Made by a program: the position numbers and the translations under genes | Origin: a virus | Direction: 5' to 3' (one strand) | IMG/VR virus record: IMGVR_UViG_3300021378_000004 | DNA: 64,000 bases | The notes under the pieces: generated by a model | What the model was told of the DNA's origin: nothing | Database searches by the model: none | The model's input: only the letters and a program-made list of their open reading frames with translations | Shown: positions 27,046-38,700 of the stretch, piece after piece | How the letters are laid out: each line of letters opens with the position of its first letter | How positions within the stretch are numbered: the stretch's first letter is position 1

Positions 27046-29559
27046 ATGACGACTAGCATTAAGCTAAAAAAGTCCAGTATTTCCGGACGCATACCATCAA
27101 CTAGTGATCTCGATTATGGCGAATTAGCCATTAACTATGCAGATGGTATATTATATTTTAAAAATTCTAGTAATCAAGTTAGTAGTATTAACGCTCGAGC
27201 AATAGGCGTTGATTCCACTGCAACTTTTTCTATTATCGATTCTGCATATATTGAATCTAGAGTTGGTAACACAACAAATATAGCAGAAGGTACCAATCTT
27301 TATTACACTTCAACGCGCGCTGATAGTGATGCTAAAAATGCAATAAGTGTTAGCGATGCTGGTGGGGATGGAGCATTATCTTACAATTCAACAACTGGTG
27401 TATTAACATATACTGGTCCAAGTGCAGCAGAAGTAAGAGCACATTTTAGTGCAGCCGGTGATATAACTTATAATTCTAGCACTGGGCAATTTAGTTTAGA
27501 TGTAGAATCAGTATACACCGCTGATAATTTTGATAGTGACTATATATTAGCAAAAGATTCTGCAAATACAGCTGTTGAAAGAAATAAGCATGACGCTACA
27601 ACTAAAAACTTTTCTGTAACAGTTGCTTCAAAAACTGCTGATCATGTTTATAACGGCACAGGAAGTGGCAGTGGTTATGTTATAGATGGTACTCAGTCAC
27701 CAATAGTACAACTACAAATAGGAAGAACATATCGTTTTACTCTTAGTTCAAGTGATATGTCAAATCACCCATTTAGATTTTATTATGATGCAGGAAGAAC
27801 TACACAATATACTACTAACGTAACAACTACGTCTACGTACGCTGAAATTGAAATAACAGAATCCACACCTACAGTATTACATTATCAATGTTCAGCGCAT
27901 GGTTATATGGGACATGCATTTGTAATTGGCACACGTAACTTAACTGGATTTAATACTGACAATTTATCTGAAGGTTCAAGTAATGTATACTACTCAAATA
28001 CTCGTGTTGAAACTTTGGTTGATTCTTCATACGTTCAATCAAGGCAAATAAACAATCCAACTGGGGTTGATTCATCTGCTACTATTGATCTAGTTGATTC
28101 AGCATATGTACAAGCCAGGCAAATAAACAATCCAACTGGTGTTGATTCATCTGCTACTATTGCTCTTGTTGATTCTTCATATGTTCAATCAAGGCAAATA
28201 AACAATCCAACTGGTGTTGATTCATCTGCTACTATTGCTCTTGTTGATTCTTCATATGTTCAATCAAGGCAAATAAAATATACTAATGATGATTTTGCTG
28301 ATTCAGCATTTGTTACTTCACAAATTAATAGTTTAATTGATGCTGCTCCTGGCGCTCTTAATACATTAAATGAACTTGCTGCAGCAATAGGTGATGATGC
28401 TAATTTTAGTACAACTGTTACAAACTCTATTGCCACTAAGCTCACTTCTGCACAAGCTACTAATTTAATAGACTCAGCTTATGTCCAATTAAGACAAATA
28501 AATAATCCATCTGGTGTAGACTCATCTGCTACTATTGATCTAGTTGATTCAGCTTATGTGCAAGCCAGACAAATAAACAATCCAACTGGTGTTGATTCGG
28601 CCGCCACTATTGCTCTTGTTGATTCAGCGTATGTTCAATTAAGACAAATTAATAATCCATCTGGTGTAGATTCTGCTGCTACTATCGATCTTGTTGACTC
28701 AGCTTATATTCAATCTAGACAAACAACTACACCAAGTGGTGTAGATTCAGCAGCAACAATTGCTTTAGTCGATTCAGCTTATGTAAATGCTTTTACTATT
28801 GATGCTAATACATTAAATGGTCAAAATGCTTCTTATTATTTAGATTATGGTAATTTAAATAATGTACCAAGTGAATTTACTGACTCAAGTACAGTTGACA
28901 GTATTATTTTAAATGTTGTTGATTCAGCATATGTACAAACTAAGTTTGGCACTCTTAGAGAAAGTAATAATTCACTAGTTGTTTCTGGAAGTATTATACC
29001 AGAAACTGATAGTGCATTTAGTCTCGGTACTGCGCAAAAGAAATTTAAAGATTTACATTTATCAGGTGGTACAGTTTTTCTTGATAATCTTGCTTTATCC
29101 GCAGATCCTGCTACACAAACTATTAATATAGGTCAAATTGACAGTATTGGTATTGTTAATGTTGTTGGTGTTATAGCAACTGTTGATTCTGCTGGAGTTT
29201 CTGCCATTGTTGACTCTGCGTTTTTAGAAGCTAGATTAGGAGACTTTGTATCAGAAACAGAATTAACATCTAAAAATTTTACTACTTTTGATTCTGCTGA
29301 TGCGACTAGTGTTATCGATTCAAGTTATATAAATAGTCTTAATGCGGATGCTGGAGCTTTAAATGGTCAGAGTGGCGCGCACTATTTGGACTATAATAAT
29401 TTTACAAATACACCCCAAGGCGGTGTTGATTATGGCACCGTGATTCAATCAGCAACTAGTGCTATTGATATACTTGATATACTTATTGCACAGACTACTG
29501 TAGATTATGGAACCGTGGGTTCACCTGGTAGTTTAAAATCTAATTACGGAACACTATAA
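27046..29559 (+). CDS. Tail fibre segment with 25-aa DS-rich tandem repeats
   Basis: IKLKKS..GELAINYADG N-terminus; LHYQCSAHGYMG cupredoxin-like module; VDSAYVQARQINNPTGVDSSATIAL repeats; ends DYGT/NYGTL. Confidence 0.75.
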   Translation: MTTSIKLKKSSISGRIPSTSDLDYGELAINYADGILYFKNSSNQVSSINARAIGVDSTATFSIIDSAYIESRVGNTTNIAEGTNLYYTSTRADSDAKNAISVSDAGGDGALSYNSTTGVLTYTGPSAAEVRAHFSAAGDITYNSSTGQFSLDVESVYTADNFDSDYILAKDSANTAVERNKHDATTKNFSVTVASKTADHVYNGTGSGSGYVIDGTQSPIVQLQIGRTYRFTLSSSDMSNHPFRFYYDAGRTTQYTTNVTTTSTYAEIEITESTPTVLHYQCSAHGYMGHAFVIGTRNLTGFNTDNLSEGSSNVYYSNTRVETLVDSSYVQSRQINNPTGVDSSATIDLVDSAYVQARQINNPTGVDSSATIALVDSSYVQSRQINNPTGVDSSATIALVDSSYVQSRQIKYTNDDFADSAFVTSQINSLIDAAPGALNTLNELAAAIGDDANFSTTVTNSIATKLTSAQATNLIDSAYVQLRQINNPSGVDSSATIDLVDSAYVQARQINNPTGVDSAATIALVDSAYVQLRQINNPSGVDSAATIDLVDSAYIQSRQTTTPSGVDSAATIALVDSAYVNAFTIDANTLNGQNASYYLDYGNLNNVPSEFTDSSTVDSIILNVVDSAYVQTKFGTLRESNNSLVVSGSIIPETDSAFSLGTAQKKFKDLHLSGGTVFLDNLALSADPATQTINIGQIDSIGIVNVVGVIATVDSAGVSAIVDSAFLEARLGDFVSETELTSKNFTTFDSADATSVIDSSYINSLNADAGALNGQSGAHYLDYNNFTNTPQGGVDYGTVIQSATSAIDILDILIAQTTVDYGTVGSPGSLKSNYGTL
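28018..28785 (+). repeat. 75-bp tandem repeat in two blocks (~28018-28278 and ~28468-28785)
   Basis: Equivalent GAY-TCN codons recur at 28021, 28096, 28171, 28246 and at 28471, 28546, 28621, 28696, 28771. Confidence 0.88.
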
Positions 29560-29574
29560 ATAACTATATAAATA
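29555..29574 (+). promoter_or_regulatory. Tandem T4-type late promoters
   Basis: TATAAATA at 29555-29562 and 29567-29574. Confidence 0.75.
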
Positions 29575-29591
29575 TAGGTTAGAGGAATAAA

Positions 29592-32500
29592 ATGGCATTA
29601 CAATTTAGACGCGGTACAGATTCAGATAGACTAACTATCACCCCGGCAGCTGGTGAACCTATTTTTACCAGTGATACAAAAGAACTTTTTATAGGTGACG
29701 GTTCAACTACAGGCGGTATTGATCTTATCACTACAAAATTAGGAAGTATTTCTGGAGACATTATACCAGATACAGATAGTACGTATGATCTTGGTTCACC
29801 TACTAAGAAATTTAAAGATTTACATTTAAGTGGAAACTCTATATTTTTAGGTGCTGGATTAGTACTTTCTAATGATGGTGGTACATTTGCAGCTAAAGAT
29901 TCAGATAACAATCCAGTCGTTATATCGTTAACTAGTAACAACACAGGCCAATTATCTGAAGGTACAAATTTATATTATACGACAGCACGCGCAGATAGTG
30001 CATTTGATGTAAGATTAGCAACTAAAACAACAGCTAATATAACAGAAGGTTCTAACTTATACTTTACTAATGCTCGAGCAGATGCCAGAATAACAAATGC
30101 ATTACTTGATGAAGATAATATGGCATCAAATAGTGCTACTAAAATTCCATCACAGCAATCTGTTAAAGCTTATGTTGATGCAGAAGTTGCAGGAATAGTT
30201 GATACTGCTCCAGCAGCACTAAATACATTAAACGAATTAGCAGCTGCGCTTGGCGATGATGCTAACTTTAGTGCTACAATAACTGCTCAAATTGGAGCAA
30301 AATTAGATTCAGCAGAAGCAATATCTCTCATAGATTCTGCTTATGTACAAGCAAGGACAACTGCTGGCACAGATTCAGCTGCTACAATATCACTAATAGG
30401 AGCAACTGTAGACTCAGCTTATGTACAAGCAAGACAAACATCAGGCGGCGGTAGTAGTATTGATTCAGCTGCAACAATTGCTTTAATTGATTCATCTTAT
30501 GTACAAGCAAGACAAGTTGATCCAGTTTCAGCATTCACTACTGTATCAGTTACTGGTCAAACAGATATTGTTGCAGACGCAGATGCCGCAGTGCCAGATT
30601 GGACGTCAGGAACACAACAAGCTAAAATTATAAGAGTTCCTTTTGCAAACATTATGAGTGGTGATGGTTTTGGTAGAAGTCCAAGTTTAAGCACTAATGG
30701 TAATTATGCTGTTGTTGGTTCTGGCAAATCCAGTAATAACAGAGGTGCTATACATTTTCTGTCTAGATCCGGATCTACATGGACTTATGGTCAGATGATA
30801 AATAGAACAGGTGGACATGCATCTGATTTTACAGGTTTTGGCGATCATGTGGTTATGTCAAATGACGGCACAATTGCACTTGGTGCTGCTCAGTATGATC
30901 CTAGTGCAGCCAACGCTTCTTATGCAACGGGAGTAGTTTACCTTTTTACAAGAACCGGTTCCACGTGGTCACAACATTCCGCCATAGAACCCACATCTCC
31001 TAGTCCAGTTACCAATGATATGAGATTTGGTGCGTCAGTTGATATTAGTGGAGATAATCAGTATATAGTAATAGGAGGACCTGGCAACAATAAAGGTGTA
31101 TACATATACATAAATGATGGCTCAGGTAATTTTTCATTACAACAAAAACTAACAACATCAAATAGTGGAGATGACTATGGTGGTGGTGTAGCTATTGATG
31201 AAGATGGTAATACAATTGTTGTGAGTCATCAAGGTTCAGGATCTACAGGAAAGATTTACACATATGTAAGATCTGGTACAAATTGGACATTACAACAAAC
31301 AATAGCTCCGTCAGGAGCAGTAGATATTGGTTGGGATGATCGAAAAGGAAAAGGCGTAGCTATATCAAGTGATGGTAATAGAATAGCTTTTGGTAGTGGT
31401 GGAATATACAGTACTGGATCTTCTATATACATCTGGAATAGATCTGGTACAACTTGGACTCAGGAACAGAACATAACTCCATCTCATACAGTTGGTTCTG
31501 GCACCAACCAGGTTTTAAGATTTGGCCAAAATGTTAGTTTAAGCAATGATGGTACTCGTCTTGTAGCAGGTACTGATAGATTTAACACGCTCAGTCATGC
31601 AGAAACAGGTATAACATATGTTTTTACTAGAAATGGTTCAGGTGTATGGAGTGAGTCTAAAATATTATCTCCAAGCGATTTAGCTTCAGAAGATCAATTT
31701 GGTCTTGGTGCTAATATATCTGGAGATGGAACAACAATATTAAGTCATTCTAAATTAGCAGACTTAGTAGACGGTAGTGATACATATACAAATGCTGGGG
31801 CAGTATATGCGTTTACAGCGCCAGTAGGAAATCCATTACAAGATACTCTTACATTTGAAGCTGGTGCTGGAATAACTATTACAACTAATGCCACCACTGA
31901 TACAGTTACAATTGCTGGATCAGCAGCTGGTTTAGATTCAGCAAGTACAACTGCTTTAGTCGATTCAGCATATGTTCAAGCAAGACAGACTTCTGCCGGT
32001 GGTGGTATTGATTCTGCTGCAACAACTGCTTTAATTGATTCATCTTATGTACAAGCAAGACAAATAAAATACACTAATGCAGACTTTACGGATTCAGCAT
32101 ATGTTACTTCACAAATCAATAGCGTAATAGACGCTGCACCTGGAGCTCTAGATACTTTAAACGAATTAGCGGCTGCACTAGGTGATGACGCAAACTTTAG
32201 TACAACAATAACAAATCAAATTGCGGGTAAATTAGATTCTGCTCAAACTATTGCTTTAGTTGATTCAGCTTATGTTCAAGCAAGACAGACTTCTGCCGGT
32301 GGTAATGATTCAGCAACAACAATTGCTTTAATCGATTCAGATTATGTTCAATCAAGACAAGTTACTCCTGTTCCAGCGTTTACTAAAGTATCAATTGCTG
32401 GTCAAGGCGATGTCGTGGCAGATGCAGATGCTGCAATTCCAAACTGGGCAAGTGGCACACAACAAGCTAAGTTATTAGCAGCAGATGCAGCTACTGGAGA

Positions 32501-35261
32501 CGCGCTTGGTCAAGGCGCATCTATATCACAAGATGGAAATTATGCAATAGCTGGAGCATATAACGAAGATATTAATGGAAGCAATTCTGGATCAGCGTAT
32601 ATCTATATAAGATCAGGTACAACATGGACACAACAAGCTAAAATAGATCCAAGTGATGGACAATCAGATGATTATTTTGGTCACTCTGTTGATATCGATG
32701 CTGATGGCGATACTGTAGTAGTAGGTGCAAGAAAAAGTGATAGTAATAAAGGTAACGTATACATCTTTACTAGATCAGGAACTAGTTGGTCTCAACAAGC
32801 AAAATTAAGTAGACAAGGAACATCACCTAACGCTTTTGGTAACTCTGTTGGAATATCTGATAATGGTAATACTGTAGTTGTAGGTAGTAGTGGAGGTAGT
32901 CCTTCATCATCTGGTTATTTGGTAACTTATACTAGATCAGGAACTACTTGGTCTCATCAACAAACATTAGTAACTTCGGATGCAACTTCAAACGCTTACG
33001 TAGGAAAAGACGTAAGTATATCTGGTAATGGATTATATATTGCAGCAGGAACTGTAGAAATTAATGGTAGTGGAGGCTCAGGCCTTAACGGTTCAGGTAT
33101 TGCATATGTATGGTTTTATGGTGGAAGTTCATGGGCTCAACAACAAAACATATACCCTTCAGATGCAGCTGCATATGACAAATTTGGCGGCTCAATGGCA
33201 CTTGATAATGATGGTGATACACTCATAGTTGGAGCTGAAGCTGAAGATCCAAGTGGTCTTAATAGTGCTGGATCTGTTTATGCGTTTACAAGATCAGGTA
33301 CGACATGGACACAACAAGCTAAACTTCCTGGCCAAGTTGCAAGCGGCGAATTTGGTGGCTCAGTTTCAATTTCAGATGATGGAAATGTTGCAGTAGGTAG
33401 TGCTCGTAGAGAAGTAAATTCAGGAGCTGGAGTTGGTTCTGCTTACATTTACACAAGAACAGGATCTACTTGGTCACTAGCGAAAAAAATATTTGCCTCT
33501 GATACTGTTGGTGGTTATCTAGGTTTTGAACCTGGTGCACTAGAAATATCAGGTGATGGCCAAACATTAATTGCTGGTAATCACGGGGCTTCTTCTACTA
33601 CCGGTGCTGCATATATATTTACAGCTCCGTTAGGATTAATGATACAAGATACTCTTACACTTGAAGCTGGTACAGGAATAACTCTTACAACTGCTGCAGG
33701 TACTGATACAGTTACAATTACTGGATCTGCTGCAGGTTTAGATTCTTCAGCAGCAATTGCTATTGTCGATTCAGCTTATATTCAAGCAAGGCAAACAACT
33801 TATGACTTCTTAGATTCTGCCGAAGCAATATCTCTTATTGATTCTGATTACGTTCAAGCTAGAGCAACAGCTTCAGCTGCAGTTACTCAATCTGACACAC
33901 CTCCTTCTAGTCCTACAGCTGGCGATTTATGGTTTGATACAACTGATGCAACTTTATTTGTTTATTATAACGACAGTGACGGAGCGCAATGGGTAACTGT
34001 TTCAGGTCCTACTGGTGCTACTGGTGCTACTGGTGCTACTGGTGCTGGTGCTATAACTTGGCAATCATCAATACAAACTGATTCATCTCTTACAGCTGAA
34101 GTAAATAAAGCTTATTGGGTAGATACAACGAGTAATTCAGTTAAAGCAACTTTACCTACATCTGCTAGTGTTGGTGATGAAATTATATTTGCTGATTATG
34201 CTAGAACATGGAATACTAATAATTTTTTAATAGATAATAAAGATTCTACTGCTGATTTAAAATTTCAAGGTGTACACGATTCTGATACAACATTTAGCAC
34301 TGATGGTACGGCTTTACACATAGTTTATTCTGGTGCAACTCAAGGTTGGATTCCAATAACCGATGATGCTGTTGCTCAGCACGCTGTATCACAAGCGTAC
34401 ACTGAAGCTTCAATTGAAATGTTAATTGAAGCTGGTGGTGGCGGTGGTGGTGGTCACGTCGGAGGTGGCGGAGGCGCTGGAGGCTACAGAACATCTACGC
34501 AAACAATAAGTAAAGATAGTGTGATCGTTGTTGCTGTAGGAGGAGGCGGCGCTGGAGGCCTAGGATCTGGAAACAAATATGGAATAGATGGAAGCAGTTC
34601 TTCCGTTACTAGTACTGGAAATATGACATCTATCACATCAACCGGCGGTGGTGGTGGTGGTGGCCATGAAGGTTCCAGGACACAAGGTGCAGATGGTGGT
34701 TCTGGAGGAGGTGGCGGATCTGGTGGTAGTAATGGAGCCAAAGCAGGAGGATCTGGTAACACGCCTTCAACATTTCCTTCTCAAGGAAATGACGGTGGAT
34801 CCTCAAGTGCAGCTTCAAGCTTATATAATTGCGGAGGTGGTGGAGGTGCTGGAAATGCCGGTGCTAACGGAAATACTTATTCTTCTGGCGGTGAAGGCGG
34901 AGATGGAGTTGCAAATTCTATTACAGGAAGTTCTGTCACGTATGGCGGAGGAGGAAGTGGAACTATAACTGCAAACAGAAGTGGTACTGGTTATAATCCA
35001 GGAGGTTCTGGAGGCGGTGGAAACGGAACGTCTTATAATAGTGCTGGATCCCCAGTGATCGGATCTGCTGGTACAGCTAATACTGGAGGCGGCGGCGGTG
35101 GACAAAGAGGCGGTAACGGTTATGCTGGAGGATCTGGCGTAGTTATTTTAAAAGTTCCGACTGCGGTGTATAGCACAACTAGTACAGGAAGCCCAGTTGT
35201 TACCACATCTGGAGATTATACAATATTAAAATATACAGGGGCAGGGAGTTATACAGTATAA
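29592..35261 (+). CDS. Giant fibre/adhesin: Mtd_N-like head, two FG-GAP propellers, short collagen tract, Gly-rich C-terminal domain
   Basis: LQFRRGT..GEP..LFIGDG; FG..V.IS.DG..GA..G.VY.F.RSG.TW blades; GPTGATGATGATGA; GGGGAGG-rich tail ending GGSGVVILK. Confidence 0.8.
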   Translation: MALQFRRGTDSDRLTITPAAGEPIFTSDTKELFIGDGSTTGGIDLITTKLGSISGDIIPDTDSTYDLGSPTKKFKDLHLSGNSIFLGAGLVLSNDGGTFAAKDSDNNPVVISLTSNNTGQLSEGTNLYYTTARADSAFDVRLATKTTANITEGSNLYFTNARADARITNALLDEDNMASNSATKIPSQQSVKAYVDAEVAGIVDTAPAALNTLNELAAALGDDANFSATITAQIGAKLDSAEAISLIDSAYVQARTTAGTDSAATISLIGATVDSAYVQARQTSGGGSSIDSAATIALIDSSYVQARQVDPVSAFTTVSVTGQTDIVADADAAVPDWTSGTQQAKIIRVPFANIMSGDGFGRSPSLSTNGNYAVVGSGKSSNNRGAIHFLSRSGSTWTYGQMINRTGGHASDFTGFGDHVVMSNDGTIALGAAQYDPSAANASYATGVVYLFTRTGSTWSQHSAIEPTSPSPVTNDMRFGASVDISGDNQYIVIGGPGNNKGVYIYINDGSGNFSLQQKLTTSNSGDDYGGGVAIDEDGNTIVVSHQGSGSTGKIYTYVRSGTNWTLQQTIAPSGAVDIGWDDRKGKGVAISSDGNRIAFGSGGIYSTGSSIYIWNRSGTTWTQEQNITPSHTVGSGTNQVLRFGQNVSLSNDGTRLVAGTDRFNTLSHAETGITYVFTRNGSGVWSESKILSPSDLASEDQFGLGANISGDGTTILSHSKLADLVDGSDTYTNAGAVYAFTAPVGNPLQDTLTFEAGAGITITTNATTDTVTIAGSAAGLDSASTTALVDSAYVQARQTSAGGGIDSAATTALIDSSYVQARQIKYTNADFTDSAYVTSQINSVIDAAPGALDTLNELAAALGDDANFSTTITNQIAGKLDSAQTIALVDSAYVQARQTSAGGNDSATTIALIDSDYVQSRQVTPVPAFTKVSIAGQGDVVADADAAIPNWASGTQQAKLLAADAATGDALGQGASISQDGNYAIAGAYNEDINGSNSGSAYIYIRSGTTWTQQAKIDPSDGQSDDYFGHSVDIDADGDTVVVGARKSDSNKGNVYIFTRSGTSWSQQAKLSRQGTSPNAFGNSVGISDNGNTVVVGSSGGSPSSSGYLVTYTRSGTTWSHQQTLVTSDATSNAYVGKDVSISGNGLYIAAGTVEINGSGGSGLNGSGIAYVWFYGGSSWAQQQNIYPSDAAAYDKFGGSMALDNDGDTLIVGAEAEDPSGLNSAGSVYAFTRSGTTWTQQAKLPGQVASGEFGGSVSISDDGNVAVGSARREVNSGAGVGSAYIYTRTGSTWSLAKKIFASDTVGGYLGFEPGALEISGDGQTLIAGNHGASSTTGAAYIFTAPLGLMIQDTLTLEAGTGITLTTAAGTDTVTITGSAAGLDSSAAIAIVDSAYIQARQTTYDFLDSAEAISLIDSDYVQARATASAAVTQSDTPPSSPTAGDLWFDTTDATLFVYYNDSDGAQWVTVSGPTGATGATGATGAGAITWQSSIQTDSSLTAEVNKAYWVDTTSNSVKATLPTSASVGDEIIFADYARTWNTNNFLIDNKDSTADLKFQGVHDSDTTFSTDGTALHIVYSGATQGWIPITDDAVAQHAVSQAYTEASIEMLIEAGGGGGGGHVGGGGGAGGYRTSTQTISKDSVIVVAVGGGGAGGLGSGNKYGIDGSSSSVTSTGNMTSITSTGGGGGGGHEGSRTQGADGGSGGGGGSGGSNGAKAGGSGNTPSTFPSQGNDGGSSSAASSLYNCGGGGGAGNAGANGNTYSSGGEGGDGVANSITGSSVTYGGGGSGTITANRSGTGYNPGGSGGGGNGTSYNSAGSPVIGSAGTANTGGGGGGQRGGNGYAGGSGVVILKVPTAVYSTTSTGSPVVTTSGDYTILKYTGAGSYTV
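33647..33735 (+). repeat. 89-bp exact direct repeat, second copy at 45565-45653
   Basis: Identical sequence encoding DTLTLEAGTGITLTTAAGTDTVTITGSAA in two different fibre genes. Confidence 0.85.
34011..34046 (+). repeat. (ACTGGTGCT)x4 collagen-like tandem repeat
   Basis: Perfect 9-bp unit, four copies. Confidence 0.9.
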
Positions 35262-35656
35262 TGGCACATTTTGCAAAAATTGGAATTAATGGAAAAGTAA
35301 TGGAAATAGTTACAGTAAATAACAATGAATTACTAGATGCTAATGGAAATGAAAATGAAATTAATGGAATTCATTTTTTAACTCAGTTAACTGGTTGGGC
35401 TATTTGGAAACAAACATCCTTTAATACATATGGTAATGTGCATAGTGGTGGTGGTACGCCTTTACGTAAAAATTATGCAGGTATTGGCTATATTTACGAT
35501 GAAGATAGAGATGCTTTTTATGCGCCTCGACCATATCTATCTTGGGTACTGAATGAAACTACATGTTTATGGGAACCACCAGTCGCTTATCCAGATGCTG
35601 ATAGTGATGAAATTTATTCATGGAATGAAGAAACGAATTCTTGGGATCTAAGTTAA
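35261..35656 (+). CDS. Conserved small protein accompanying Gly-rich fibre domains (putative chaperone or tip partner)
   Basis: MAHFAK..WKQTSFNT..RKNYAGIGY.YD..RDAF..P.PY.SW.LNE.TC.WEPP; coupled to the upstream stop. Confidence 0.7.
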   Translation: MAHFAKIGINGKVMEIVTVNNNELLDANGNENEINGIHFLTQLTGWAIWKQTSFNTYGNVHSGGGTPLRKNYAGIGYIYDEDRDAFYAPRPYLSWVLNETTCLWEPPVAYPDADSDEIYSWNEETNSWDLS

Positions 35657-35700
35657 TGGCAGCTCTCATAATAAAACTAAAGTAATCAAAGGATAGATAG

Positions 35701-38700
35701 ATGGCAATAAATTTTCCAAATAGCCCCACAAACAATCAGTCGTTTACCAGTGGCGGAAAAACATATACTTATAATTCCACAAAAACAGCTTGGACAGTAA
35801 ACCAAACGCTTGGTTATGATTCTGCTACGGTTATTAATTTAATTGACTCAGACTATGTACAAGCAAGAACGGCTGCTGGTACAGATTCTGCTGCAACAAT
35901 ATCATTAATAGGAACTACTGCTGACTCGGCTTATGTTCAAACAAGACAAATTAAATATACTAATAATGATTTTGCTGATTCAGCCTTTGTCACAACTCAG
36001 ATTAATAGTGTAATCGATGCTGCACCTGGAGCTCTAGATACTTTAAACGAATTAGCGGCTGCACTTGGAGATGATGCTAACTTTAGTACAACAATCACAA
36101 ATCAAATTGCAGGTAAATTAGATTCAGCCACTACCATTGCTTTAATTGATTCATCTTATGTTCAAGCAAGAGTGACAGCAAGTGGTATTGATTCTGCTGC
36201 AACAATTGCTTTAATTGATTCATCTTATGTTCAAGCAAGAGAAACAGCTCAAGTTATTCAAATTGATTCTTCTCTTACAACTGGTGATTCTTCACAGATA
36301 ATAGATCAGTTTCCTATAGGAACTCATAGGACAACAAAGTATATAGCACAACTTAGCTCTTCTGAAGTCATAGGTTATACTAATTGGCCTGGTATGACTC
36401 AACAACAAATTATACTAGGAAATGAAACAGGCATAACTGATAATATGGGTAGTGGTGATGAGTTTGGTAGAGGAATGGCTATAGGAACAAATCAATTACT
36501 TGTAGGTTCTACTAGAAATGATTATAGTACTGATAATTCTGGAGTTGTTGTGTATTATACAAGAGATAGCGCTAATGGCACTTGGTCTTATACTGACTTT
36601 GTTCAACCTAGTTCTCCTGCATCGAGTGACTTTTTCGGTCAATCTATTGCGCCAGATTCAAACTTTGATACTATTGCAGTTACCGGCCATACTGAAGGTC
36701 TGTATATCATGGATAGAGCACCAAATGACTGGCGCGGTGGTGTTCAGAAAGGATTTTTTAAAGCTAATTCTTCTGCTTTAAACGATGATGAATTTGGAAA
36801 AGCTGTTAGTATTTCAGCCAATGGTAATTATCTTGCATCAGGCGCACAATCAAGAGACACTGGCGGAAGTAATAGAGGAGAAGTATTCATTCATTATAAA
36901 GATAGCTCTACATGGAGTTTTCAAGCAGCAATACAATCAGATGATATTGCAAATGGCGACAAATTTGGAAATTGTGTTGCACTAAACGATGCTGGTGATA
37001 CATTAGTTGTTGGTGCTTGGTTTAAAGGAGGAGGATCTAGTGGTATTGGAGCTCCTGGTGCTGCTTATATTTTTACAAGAAGTGCAACAACGTCAGTAGG
37101 TTCAATTTCTAACGCAAGTTATGTACATAAATCACCACAGACTTGGCAAGCTGGAATGTCAGGTGATGCAAATGCTAATCAGCCACATACATTAGCATTT
37201 AAACCAGATGGCACAAAAGCATACATTGCAGATGCTAACACAGATCTTATATATCAATATAGTTTGTCAACACCATATGAAGTGACAGATGCTTCAATGT
37301 CGTATGATAGCATATCGTTTAATATACGAACCTCTATGGGTAGTACACCGTTACCAGCTTCAATGAAATTTAAACCTGATGGAACAAAATTATTTGTTCT
37401 GAATGAAAGCAATGATACAGTATACGAATATAACTTGTCAACTGCATATGATTTAAGTACTATTTCGTATAATAATGTAAATATTGCCATAGGTTCAGTT
37501 GAAGGTTTCCCAGAAGGAATATTTTTCAAGCCTGATGGAACTATAATGTATGTGGTTGGAGTCCAAAATGATTCTGTGCGTATGATGGATTTATCAACTG
37601 CTTGGGACATCTCAACTGCTACATATAATAGTTCTAATAATTTTTATGTGGGCAATCAAGACGGCGAACCCATGGAAGTAATATTTGATAGTAGTGGTAC
37701 TAAAATGTATATGGTAGGTCAGGTGAATAAGGCAATTTATACATACACCTTATCAACTGCTTGGGACGTTACATCTGCAAGTTATGATAATATGTATTAC
37801 AGTATGGCCACTGGCACAGATGTTGGAGGAGCGCAAAAATCGATTGCTTTGAGTGAAGATGCTGATGAGAATAAGTTATTTGTTGTTGGAATTTTTCGTG
37901 ATGAAGTATTTAGAATTGATTTACCACTTGTATTCACTTGGTCGCAACAAGCAAAATTAACTCCTTCTGATCATCCTGGAAACAATGATGTTTGGTATTT
38001 CGGTAATGGGTGTGATATATCTAATGATGGTAACTCTGTTATAATAGGAGCTCCTTACGCTAAAGTTGGTAGTAATCAAACTCAAGGCGCTGCTTATATT
38101 TTTAATAGATCAGGTACAACTTGGTCTCAATATGCAAAATTAGTAGCCAATGACGGCGCCGCCAATGACGCTTTTAGTGGTGACGTCAATGGAACTGGAA
38201 CCTCACACGCTGTAGCAATTTCAGGCGACGGAGGTTATGCTATTGTGGGCGCGCCTTATGACGATGATACCGCAAGTGATGCTGGTACTGCTTATATTTT
38301 TGCTAAGACTGGTAGCAATTACAATCTAGTTAACCCAACATATACTGGAAACGAAAATATCAGTAATCCTTTTACTAATTCTACAGACTTAGCGTTTAAT
38401 GCAGATGGAACAAAAGTGTATGTGTGTGATTATATTCTCAATATAGTAGGCCAATATAGTTTATCCACTCCGTATCTTATATCAAGTGCAACATACGATA
38501 GTGTTTCTCTTAATGTAAATAGTTATGAAGAAGATATTAAAGCACTAGCGTTTAGTACAGATGGAACAAAATTATTTGTTGCTGGTGCTGCTAGCAATAA
38601 AATTATTAGGTATAATTTATCAACAGCTTTTGATTTAAGTACTGCATCATATCACTCTCAAATAAGTGTAAGTAGTCAAAATACTGGTATTGGTTCTATT

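Noticed and set aside
28018-28785. Regularly spaced repeats resembling a CRISPR array
   Set aside because: Units are in-frame, degenerate at codon third positions, lack unique spacers and encode a protein repeat. No cas genes are present.
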